64,000 nucleotides of DNA from Balanoglossus misakiensis (lineage: Eukaryota; Animalia; Hemichordata), in assembly GCA_040954595.2 (NCBI GenBank), contig CM082578.2:14988998-15052997 (forward strand), given 5' to 3'. A program made the position numbers and the translations under genes. Positions 26,701 through 38,100 of the stretch are shown piece by piece. Numbering within the stretch: the first letter of the stretch is position 1; every line of letters begins with the position of its first letter. The notes below the pieces were generated by a model. It was not told the origin of the DNA, did not search any database, and saw only the letters and a program-made list of their open reading frames with translations.

Positions 26701-27705
26701 CAGCTCGTCATTTTTGATAAGCTAAAACGGAGCAAAGAAGTACATGTACAGCCAGAATTTGTACATTCAGTTTTCAGGACATGAAAGGTTTATTAGTTAT
26801 TGTATAGCACCAAGTTCTTACCACGATAAGAAGCTGAATCAAAAGGGTTCACCTCAAGAGCCCAATAGTTGGCTTTGAAACCTGGCAATTGAAATAAATT
26901 GCTTTTGGTCACTTGAAATCTGATGATTACTGTTGATTCTGTTGATTTATAAAAGACTGGCGCAAAACTGCCACAGTGTGAGTAGCTCTCCCAATATTCA
27001 GGAACATCACCACTTTTATCAGAAATCTGCAAACAAATCAAATAAAAACAAATACATCATATGTTAATTCTTCAAAATCATCTTAGCTTATACATAAACA
27101 CAACATATGTCACTGTTGACTTTTAACATTTTTTTTATTGGATAATATAAAGTTACGTTTACCGCTGACAATGCTATGATGCAACTATGTATTAAAACAT
27201 GAACTTACAAATAATTGCTCTCTGCAAGAATAGCCATAGCCGACCATGTCATGTGTCACAATGTCTGTGAACTGTAGCAAAATTTGTCCACCATTTGGGT
27301 TGGTGATTATGTATGTGCAGTTGTATGGTCCATCAGGAAAAGGGCTCGGAAAGTACGGGGATGAGACATGGCCACTCTTATCTGTAGTAACTGTTCTTGT
27401 GGGACATTCTTGAAAAGAAAATAAAACATCGTCAAAGTACAGCAATAAAGATTATTATTATTATTTGTAATTATAAGTAAACGTTGAATGAAATCACAGT
27501 GTTGTAAGTTAGTTAAGGATAGCTGGGAAGTCCTCTGGTTCCAATAAACCAATGCCTATGTTAGGAAAGTTAATTTGGGACAAAAAATAAATGATTATCA
27601 AATTTTCTCTAAAACTAAAATGTTAGAATCAATATTCTACTCACCATAACTGTGAATGAGTCCCACTGTTGCCATGACAACCACCAGAGGACTGAATCTC
27701 ATCAT
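23747..27705 (-). CDS. Type I membrane protein, signal peptide-CUB-degenerate CUB-LDLa-3xEGF-TM with two cytoplasmic PPxY motifs (paralog B)
   Basis: Exons: 27705-27645 (MMRFSPLVVVMATVGLIHSY), 27408-27209, 27026-26822, 26475-26320, 26134-25946, 25791-25657 (LDLa [13 protein letters not shown]), EGF 25469-25335, 24923-24828, 24452-24357, and 24162-23747 (TM and tail with PPSY and PPTY). Same exon order and phases as paralog A. Confidence 0.88.
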
Positions 27706-29622
27706 TTTAAAAGCCACGCGATTAACATCTGTTTACCAAATAACCCTGAAGATGAATAGAAATCAAGAAAGTTTTAAATGGCCATTTTTTTAGACATGCA
27801 AGCAGACATGGTGCTGCAGCATACCTGAATGAGCTTTTTTTCAAATTATTTTTCTCTTCCAAAACAAGTAATCAATGGAAATAAAATGGACATAAGATTT
27901 CAACATCGGAGCCCCCACTGTAAAAGACGAAAGATACTGATTAAGGCTAGTGAGGGCGCTTTTCATATGATGTATATGTACAGTCGGAATTTGTTTGTGC
28001 TGCATTTCATGCATTTGCCAGGAAGCAAAAATGGTAATTCGCTCGCTGATTATGTAACTTTCACCAGACTGGCAAAACAGAAATGAACGTCACCTGTGTA
28101 TAGTTTGGTTGGCCCCTTTGCTATGGTGTGTTTACACAGTGTATACGGGGTTCCTACAATGATGGGGACTTCTCTTACCCACAACCTCTTGTCTGAGTGA
28201 TGTCCTTTAAACTGCTACAGTCTTCAAGATCGTGTTTATATTCAGTTTAAACCCTGATGGGCCATCTGTTTATCAAAAAAGCCAGAGAAATTCTTCTATA
28301 AAATGGAATAGTCTCTGATGGATTGTTAAACAGTTTGAGAAAGCATTAAAGGAAAACATGGTGAAACCAAATAGCATGTCTCAAGATGGTTATGAAAATG
28401 TTTCAAAAACACTACTATAGTACATTTGAGCTTACAATTGTTAATTATAACAGACATCAGACTGGGGACTGCTGCTTGTATAGAGTATAATTGTTTCAAA
28501 TTGAATATTATGGCTCATTCTAGACAATATTACTGTGCCATTTTGCAAAAAGTAGTAGTCTAGGTTGTCCGGCAACCATTAATTCGAGTCATGTAAGCCT
28601 AAGCATGTCTTCCCCAATTAAAATACCCCCCCCCCCCGAGAGAAACTGGCCATTCCCTAAAGATTAAGTTGGGTTACAGAAGTGTACGGGCTAGTCTTTA
28701 TTAAACTATCGAAATCACCAAACAAGGTTGCCTGCAAGAATTCAACGCGTATTGAATAATTTGGTACAATCGCAATTGTTTTCGTTGTCAAGTCACTACT
28801 ATCAAGGTAACCCGGAAGTGATGGTTTCATTAGTGATAACGCCAATCGATGGCAGCCAAACTGTCGCGTAAATTCTTGCGGTTTGCACTGCCAGTCCTGG
28901 CGTCGTTGCCAAATGCTCTGAAGGAGTTGAGCGAGCGACGGAATAAATCAGGGTCTTTGGCAGACCTTCGGTTCGTGGGCATCATCTATTGTGCATTATA
29001 CAAGTACTAGTATACATTACATACATAAGATATAGACATTACGTACGCGAACAATCCATTATCATGATCATCGTTTGCGATTCACCAGGGGCCCGCCCTT
29101 AGAACTCGTCAGGTACCCCACCCGCACAAACCATACGTCCCTTACTCTCTTAAATTGCGTTCCGCAAATATATCCGAAAGACAGTAATTACCTTATTTTA
29201 AGGAAAGCTGTGGATATTTCGTAATTGATCCGGGCAGTATATATATATGGCCGGACGATCACTTAAACGATAAGCATGATAATAGACCCTGCGAGTTTAC
29301 TTGCGCTGGTGTGTCATGCTGGGTCATACATCCCATGATTCCATCGTGCTTTCTCCAAGGGAGCTTTCAATGTTAAAAAGGGAGCGGGTTTTGAATGTTG
29401 GTTCCGATCGAGTTTCCTCGTGTGTTACACCGTAGGACTACACGTACCGCAGTCGACTGTGAACTTTGAAACCGTTATGAAAACTGACGGACATAAGATG
29501 AAATATAACAGAAAGTGCAACAAGAAGGATTTGTAAATCAAATGTAAAAAATGCTCTCAAAATGAAAATAATTAGATGTTGGTACATGTATGTGTTTCTT
29601 TTTAATATCGTCTTTGCAAGCG

Positions 29623-31607
29623 TTAACCATCCTGATGTACAACATTTTGGCAAAATGACGACAGAATCATGTGAGTCACCATTCTTGATACAAATCCGTT
29701 GTATGTCCTCGTTGCATCTGCACTCTTATAAAAGCGTATACCTTTATGTATGTTACCGCAGTTACAATTCTCTGATACCATAAAATAGTCCATGAATTGT
29801 AACCTCTTGTCTCTCTGCATGAAATCTTCCGCAAAACCTTTCGAAATCTCGTTGATCTTTTTCACTCTCGGCTTGGATAGAAAATCACACCTGGACTTGC
29901 TACTTCCATCGGGAGAATTCAACCAGATCATACGGCCTTCTGGCTTGACTATGTTTTGGATTTTATCGAAGAACGCTGGCATTAGCTCCGTGTACCTATC
30001 GAAGACGTTGAAATGCTTTGGTTTTCTGTTGATGGGGGCAATGTCATGGACACCCGTTAGCAACACCAGTAGATCTAGCTCGCCATGCGGTGCCAGTGTC
30101 TCTAGCAGATTTTCGACCGTCATGTTCACAATACATTCAAGACCACATCCAAGCGGTCTCCCCATGACGAAACTGAATCCAAGAGTTGTGTTAGAATCGA
30201 GTGATGCCCAATGTGCTGGACGACCTATGAACTTGTGCTTCTTTCTCAATATTGTTTTTGTCGGCATGGTTGTGTTGTTCCATTCTTGGAGATAAATTTG
30301 CATGATTTCGTTCGTAATCTCTTCGGTAATAGAATCACCAATGATGAAAATGTTCTTCCGCTCTAAGCAAGATTTTAACGTCTCTCCATCAAATAGTTTG
30401 TAGTGACAGTCGTAGGGTGCCCACACCCGTCTTGAGCTCGCCAGAGAGTCAATGTTCCCTTCACAAAGTATGCCGTCACAGTCACCCTCCACTGTCACCC
30501 ATCGTCCATCGACAGGAGGCGTCGTCGCACTACACAAAGGCGTCGCTGAGGCCGTTTGACAATCAGAGTTGTTGACGGTGATACGGAGGGGAGTGTTTGT
30601 AACGGCTTTATCTATACAGGGATATTTTGTACGATATGCAGTTTTAGAGTACATGCTCTCGCGAACAGTCTCGTTGTGTACCATAAGCACTTCTAAGTAA
30701 TACTTTCCAGGCTCTAAAATCGGCAATGCAAGCAAAAACTCACCCTCCCCTTGATAATCAACTTGAACTGAGTTGAAAGTAAGGATGTATGAACCGGGTG
30801 TTGGTTCGGTCGACCAATCCGATTCAAGCACGCGTGCCTGAATATCTAGCCATGGATCACATTTTGGAGGCTGTCCATTGTCACTAACAACCTTCAAGAT
30901 AAACTTTTGTTTTTGGCATCCATCTAGCGAAACGCTTCCGTCCGCAAGTTTCGTGTACATGCCGACGTCTAATTCAAACACGTTCGGAAAATCTTCAACT
31001 TTACAATACGTGGCAGGCTTGTTACTGACATTTGTGGAAATCCTAGATGTCGCGCCACCTACGGCACTGCTTTGAGTAGAGCTGTTCAACAATGCCGTGC
31101 CCGATTTACTGGATATCTGAAAAAAGAGGAAGTTATCATCCCGTATTGAATCTATAAACCCGTATGATATATTCCGCGTGGAAGGTGAGACCACAATACT
31201 AGACTTGGTATAGTTTGTTAGCTTTGCTCATGGGAGACGAATCTTTTCATTTTAAAATCTCCAGTCATTTTGCAAATATAGATTGAACAAAATTTGTGCA
31301 CAACAATTGAAGTAACAAAAATATTTATATCTGCAAATAGCGACGGAGTATGACGATGATGGCGTCATGACGATATAACCGAACACCAAAGAATGACTAG
31401 CTATCAAAATACCAGTACATGTGTGTACATACTTACCGCGGTCCCTGGTTTCATATGCAACTCTGTAACATTTTGTGTTGTCTTACGAGCTCCAACAAAA
31501 ATCACATACACGCACACGCAGGTTACCAGAACGCCGAATATAAGCTGATGTCTCAAATGATACAAAAAAGATGATTCCGATGAAACGTTTTTAACAGTGT
31601 CAGCCAT
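29623..31607 (-). CDS. NXPE/PC-esterase-like SGNH protein with a type II membrane anchor (putative glycan O-acyltransferase or esterase)
   Basis: Exon 31607-31437 (N-terminal TM LIFGVLVTCVCVYVIFVGA) splices in phase 0 to exon 31116-29623. Contains an Ig-like segment (DYQGEGEFLLALPILEPGKYYLEVLMVH), the PC-esterase signature WAPYDCHY...CLERKNIFIIGDS, then TGVHD and a C-terminal NIH. Confidence 0.8.
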
Positions 31608-32410
31608 GACTTCGCCAGTAAAAGGTGTGAGTAATGTTTGGAGGTATACTGTACAAGGAAAACGAAATCTTCCGGTCTGTGCTTTGAATAAAGAAGTTAC
31701 GTCATAAGACACTAAACAAATACAATTATTTGCTATATTAAGGTCCGCAGTTGACTTAAAATTACGTCATGGAGCTAGCACCAGTGCCATGTTTGTGAAC
31801 GATGTCAGCATGAGCAGTCTAGTTGTAAGTATGGGATATATAATAGACAACCTGTCGGTCCTTATTCATACCAGGTCGATCTAACACAGAGTTTATGATA
31901 ATACGCAATTGCAATCACACATAACGACAAGTCCCCAGAGTCGATATACTAGTACACGCAAAAAGAACCAACTCTAAATTGACACTGTGACGCCATACAA
32001 CGACGAGGTGAACTTCAGAGAGTCTTTGAAAATCGATAACGTGACTGAATGTTTGTACTTCCGATCAAACAACCGACCACACATAGACATTTGTGAACGG
32101 CAAAAAGTATAACACACAGTGGTGCATATTACATTCGCCGCTCTCGTGCAATCACGGTCACACCACACATATCTCTGGAAGAACGTAGACTAGAGAATGC
32201 TTGAACAAACACACCAAGGTGTAGACATTCAGTCGACTCTTTGTTATTGCAATGAGAGGTCGATGAGCTGCCTCAGGTGAACAAAATCTACACTTATGAC
32301 AACACGCCATCAATAAAGCGTGAGACTTAGAAATTTAAACTGACGAGAACGTAACGTGCACACTGTGCTTTTAATCTCAGCTACATGAGTTGTTGGAACG
32401 GTAGGCCTAA

Positions 32411-33193
32411 GGGACTGTCCAGAATTTACTTCCAGGGGGGGGCTGGAGGATTTTCAGGGGGGGCCACCCATTTTCCCCAAGAAAAATTAGGGGGGGTCAG
32501 ACATAAAAATCACAATCCTTTAGGGGGGGCCATGTAAAAAACTCTCACAAACTCAATATTTGCCCAGAAGTACTGATTTATAAGAAACAAACCACCATGG
32601 CTACCTGGATGACAGTGCATTAAATCTTCATAAGCTTGAATTTCCGGTAATTTTTACGGTGGGTTATTTTGTATATCTACTACAGTTTCTTGTTCTACTC
32701 TGTGAAGCATAATAAAATGCCCAGTATTTGGCCTGCCAGCACAGACCATAAATGTACAGTGAACAGTCAGTGTTGTTACTGTCGACGAGCTCAATTCAAG
32801 TCCAGACTAGAATTCGTTAATTTTCTCATCAATCATTCATATATGTATATAAAAAGTTAATTTGCTTTTGGGTTCATTAAAATGCAGCTTTGAGCTCTGT
32901 ATTTTATAAAATTTTCTTACAAGCTAAATTAACGGTAAAAAAAAATTAATTCTCCCCCCCCCTTCCAGAGGTGTTTGTAAATGCAGCCTTATCAGACTGT
33001 ATGTGTGGTAGTCTGTACCGGTAAGCATGCATGTATATATTGGGGGGGGGGGGGGTCATGGAAAAAAAACAGGAAATTTACGGGGGGGCCACAGATTTCC
33101 TCCACAATTTACAAGGGGGGGCCATGGAAAAAAATCACCAGGAAAATAAGAAATCCTCCAGCCCCACCCTGGAAGTAAATTCTGGACAGTCCC
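32411..33193. mobile_element. Non-autonomous PIF/Harbinger-type (Tourist-like) MITE, 783 bp
   Basis: 43-bp terminal inverted repeats GGGACTGTCCAGAATTTACTTCCAGGG(G/T)GGGGCTGGAGGATTT with one mismatch. Flanked by TAA on both sides (32408-32410, 33194-33196). Subterminal GGGGGGCCA repeats; no transposase ORF. Confidence 0.9.
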
Positions 33194-34049
33194 TAATGTA
33201 GATTCAGAGAGAAGGGAATAGCCTATATAGACAATTTATCATAACTGTGGTAGATCAACCGATAATTAAGACAACTTGTGCGTTATACAGAGTAATCAAT
33301 ATGAATAAAGAAATTTGTCAAGACAGATAGGTTTTGACCTTAAATTATCTTTATCGTTGTATTACATCAGCTAGTCAAATGTCGAGTAGTAAATCATTTC
33401 TTCTAATTCTACACTCCATTTCATACTATAAGCTTGACTTGTGTTACATGTACTTGGCCAGGGAGAAAAATCATCTACATGTATACGCGGACACATTTTT
33501 AAGTATTTGCTGACTGGCTACTGACTGATGGACGCTGGATGAAATGTCTAAAGCAGAATCGGGTACGAAATCCATTACAGGAACCTCTATCGTTCTCTGT
33601 GCCATTTCTACCGCTGACTGTGCTGTGCTCCCAGGGAGCTAACTTTTGCAGAATAAATCAACCAGACCAGCGGTCTACAGTATTTCAGCAAGCAGCGTAT
33701 TGTTACATTCGAAAAGAGCGTTCGTGGAGAGGGGTCGCTGACAGACAAGTGATAGATTATCTCCACATCTACATGTATATGAAGGATGGACGATGCAAGG
33801 CTAAACAGAAAAAGAACCACCTCGGCGCTGTCGTCCCATTGAAATTCCTGTGGGACTCTTTAAATATCAATCGACTGAGCATTTCCCACCGGCCTCGTTG
33901 TTGTTTTCCCAATCGCTCATGTTTTGCAAAGTAGGACGCCTGTAAACGTTACATTGGCGCCGCGTGACACAGATTGACGTCGACAGTAGCAAGTAGATGT
34001 CGGTTATCTTTCAAGAAACCGATTCGTCTTCAATTACAAGAGCACATTT

Positions 34050-34128
<79 letters not shown>

Positions 34129-34129
34129 C
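34050..34129. repeat. (CAT)n trinucleotide microsatellite, about 25 units
   Basis: Perfect CAT run 34052-34126. It explains the poly-His and poly-Asp ORFs in the ORF track. Confidence 0.98.
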
Positions 34130-35166
34130 CCAATAAGATTTGATTACCAAATCGCGTAATGATCGTGGTCGAGTCTTTCCAAGAATCAGCTAATTTTTGC
34201 TCCTGATGTACATGAATCAATCATTTTCTCTCTGAATTTTCCCTTCTTGACCACCCCGAGATGTAATGGTTGGTTCCGAAACCATTTCAAAGATCCTGAA
34301 ACACAGTCCCCCTATGTATGTTTGGGCACGAGACAAACTGTTGCGTGCACCTGGGTCTTTCGAACATACTGTAACATGCATCCGCGCGATAGTCAAAGTT
34401 TTGGTAGACTGCTTTAATATAATCTCAGATGTAATCAATCTACGCTTGTGGATAATTCATTGCATTTACCTGAAGTGTAGGAATGACTTTGTTGCGCTTT
34501 GTTTCCCTTGTCGCGCATGCTCCAAGGTTTGTCCGTATGAAATCGCTAACAAGTCAAATTACCGCGTCTGCGTTTGTCTGTGCCTTATTACTGAACGAAA
34601 TGAAATGCGCTAGCACAATGGAACGCTGAAAAGCCATGCGTTTTTACATGTAAGTTAAAATTGGATTTCGTCTGCTCTGAAATTGCGCATAGAAACTTGT
34701 GCTGTTGCACTATGCAGGCGTGACAATGCTCGCAATAAAAAAGGACTCTACCATTCTCCGGTTGACTATCGCCAGGCTCTTCCATCAATAGTCGCCTTTT
34801 CTGCTGAACTGAGCCTCTCGGTTGGTCGACCGACACAAATAAAAGCAAGGTCGTCGTGTTAAAACGTTCCATTTTCTGAGGCAATTTTCAGATGACTTTG
34901 CCAGAGACGGGCAGCATGACTTCGCCGGGGAGATTTAATTGACCATAAATAAAATGGGATTGCCAGATACCGGGAAGTCATTTACCTAGATTGCCGCTGT
35001 ACAATCACAATCCGTGCTACAGTTCCTTCTAGCAATCGACAGGCATCGCCAAGTCTCCCGGCCGTGAACGTGCAAGTGCAAGACTTTATTTCCCTCATCG
35101 CGGATCTTCATGAAAATCTGGAAGTGACCACATAGCGTCGGTGCAGACGGTATTCTGGGAACCAAG

Positions 35167-38100
35167 ATGGAAAAGCACGAATTGGAGATTGATCGTCAAA
35201 GGCCACCAGACGTGATCGTCCTCAAAAGGAGGACAGTCGCCTTGGCGGTGTCTGCGATTCTTTTATCGTTTATTGTCATAGCTCTGGTTTTCTACTTCAT
35301 TCCGCGTCCGCACAAGTCGATTCAATGCGACGAACTTCCAACCTTGCAGACGATAGACGAGCCGCGGTATAACATGCCACCGATGCCGCCAAACCTGGGT
35401 AACCTCACCGACGCCATCTCATACCAGCCTTTCTTTGGCCGCTTGCCGAAGTCACTGATACCAGAGCACTATAACATATGGATGAAAGTCCACATGGATC
35501 AGCTAGACGGTGACAAGGTCGATACATACGAAGGCAAAGTGTCTATCATTGTGCGTTGCGATGAAGAGACACAGACAGTCAAGATTCACGCGTGGTGGCT
35601 TGTCGTCGATTTCGACTCCGTGGTCATTCGTCACCAGGCAACCGCGAAGAGACTGGCGATTCGGAACGTGCACGCAGACGACACTTACCAGTTCGTGGTC
35701 ATCAACACCAGAGCGACGTTGAAGTCGGGGTCTAAGTATGTCGTTGAGATGAGCTACACCGGAGACCTGGATCAGTACAACTTATGTGGGTTTTATCCTT
35801 CTCCGTACGAATACGGCAGGGAAATCAGGTGCGAATGTTTGCAAAGTTGTAATGTTGTTCATGTGCTTAAACCAGAACCTTAGTCACAGTAGAGTGTTAG
35901 AGATTTTGCACGTGCGTAGCGATGTTAAATGTTAAACTACCAAAAGTTCGTCTGTCTGCTCGTATAAATCAACACCATATACATGTATACAATGTTAATG
36001 CATGCTTCTATTCCTAACCCATAAAATGAGGAGTTCGACGACATTTTCTGCTCCTTGAATAAAACACTGCCCTATAAATTGTCGGCCAATCAACATCAAA
36101 GAGTTTCGTCGATGTAGAAGGTCACCTTCACGTACGGAGTAAAGTTTAACAAACCCAAAAGCTTATCATTATTTCCCCCATCAACTGTGATTTGATTATG
36201 AAGCGTGAAAGTCTTTGAAATCGTTAAAGGCATAAACCTCATCCCCCGCATTAGTTCCTGTTGACATAAATTTTTACATCGTTTAAGCCATTTTTTCTTT
36301 ATAGTCACATTTATCGAGTTGGTTTGCGTTAGATGAAGTTGATGAAACATCCCGTTCCCCAAGACCTAAGTTCTCGCATTATTGATGCTGATTATATGTC
36401 TAGTGCATGTTTAGACCTTTCTACGTAGAAATATTTATCCAGGAAACACCCGTCCCCGCCCCTCTGAGGTGGGACCCAGAGCATGCACTATTGCGGCTTG
36501 TTGAACCATTATTTTTGCAGAACTACTAGACCGTGGCGCTGCAAATTGCGGCGGGTAATGTACCTTGTTATTACTTCCTGTCTTTCAAATGTCTCAACAA
36601 CGAAAAGCTGTCTCTGTACGACCATTTAAATGTTGCAAATCAGTGGCTCGGAGAGAAAGGGCACGCGAGCACGGTGGCAGATGCGGATTATGTCAGTTGG
36701 CCGCATTCCAGTCACTTCGTTGCAGTTTCTGTGGTGTGCACCAAGAAGGATCACCACCAGACAAAAAACATTAACTCTTTGCTCGAAGGGAAATGCGGCA
36801 ATTTTAAATCAACCGTGATGAAGTTATCCCAAATTGAATCCGCAGAAAAAATAAACAATGCAGAAATTATCAGTGGCGGCACAAGCATGCAGGTGTAACC
36901 GCTGAATCGCCTGTGGCATAAAGCTTGTTTAAATAATTCGAAAATAAAGAAACCAAAAGCAAGAGTTAAATTGCTGCGGGCGGGGTCCGTTGTCTCTGCC
37001 GATAAGCATCGCTTGAGAACGCTGACTAACAGCGGTGCTATTAGTCTCACTATGAATAGAGAGGCCAGCAAGGAAAGTGTGCTGAATGGTTGTACGACGG
37101 GTCGATTGAATGACTGCTCGATCGATCGATCGACCGACTGACTGACTGGCTGGCTGGTTGGTTGGTTGGTTTGTTGATTGGTTGGCTGGCTGACTGATCA
37201 GCTGTCCAACCATGGAAGTACCACAAGGGTACGTCCATGGTCCAACTGACTACCCATCTAACCATAGACAATAGAAAGTATACAGTCAGTAGATGCAACC
37301 TATGTGTGACCAGCATATCGATTGCCTCTTGAGCTATACTACCTGACTATATATAGGCCAACCACAGTCGCTCTGTTACATGGGACTGTGGACCAACCCG
37401 CTTGACCGATTTATGGTTTGCAGACTGTCTGTCGAGCTACTAATGACTAACCGTTTTAAAAACCAAACAAGTTACTCTGTCACTGACTGTCGGACTCAGA
37501 AAGTGATAGATTGGCTGAGATGACGCGAGTAACGTTGTTGATTCCCCTACGGTCCGAATGGCCCTTTCGTTGATGGATGATGGCTAGTTATTTGGACTGG
37601 CTAGCTTATCAGATTGCTGTCTGATTTACTTTTCTGTTCGTCGAATCGATTAAATATTTGCTCGTTTGTGCATGATTGGCAATCACTTTGTCTTTATCTC
37701 AGGTATAATGGATGATAATTTTCTGGTAAATTATAAAACCAACGTTTATTTTAAGCAATTTATGATATGAACATTACATCGCGATTGAAGTATAAAACTA
37801 CATCCTGGAATTACACGGTTACCAAATGAGACACAGATAAATGCATTTGCCTCTTCGGGTCTTTGAGGATAGAGGCGGGCTAATTGCCAATACCATAGAG
37901 AAAGAGAAAACATGTTTTGCGTTGACACTGGAAAAAGCGGTATCTATGGATTAATGACCTCACTGAGTTTATGTTAACGCAAAAGTTAAGGTCATACGGA
38001 GTGAACATCTGCAAACCATCAAGGAATAAATTGACCAACGAGAAATAAATTGCCACCAGACCGGCGAAAAGATTGTGCCCCGAGTTAGACCCTGAGCAAC

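Noticed and set aside
29792-30295. 167-aa plus-strand ORF
   Set aside because: Antisense shadow of the long NXPE-like exon.
33974-34220. Poly-His and poly-Asp ORFs
   Set aside because: Translations of the (CAT)n microsatellite.
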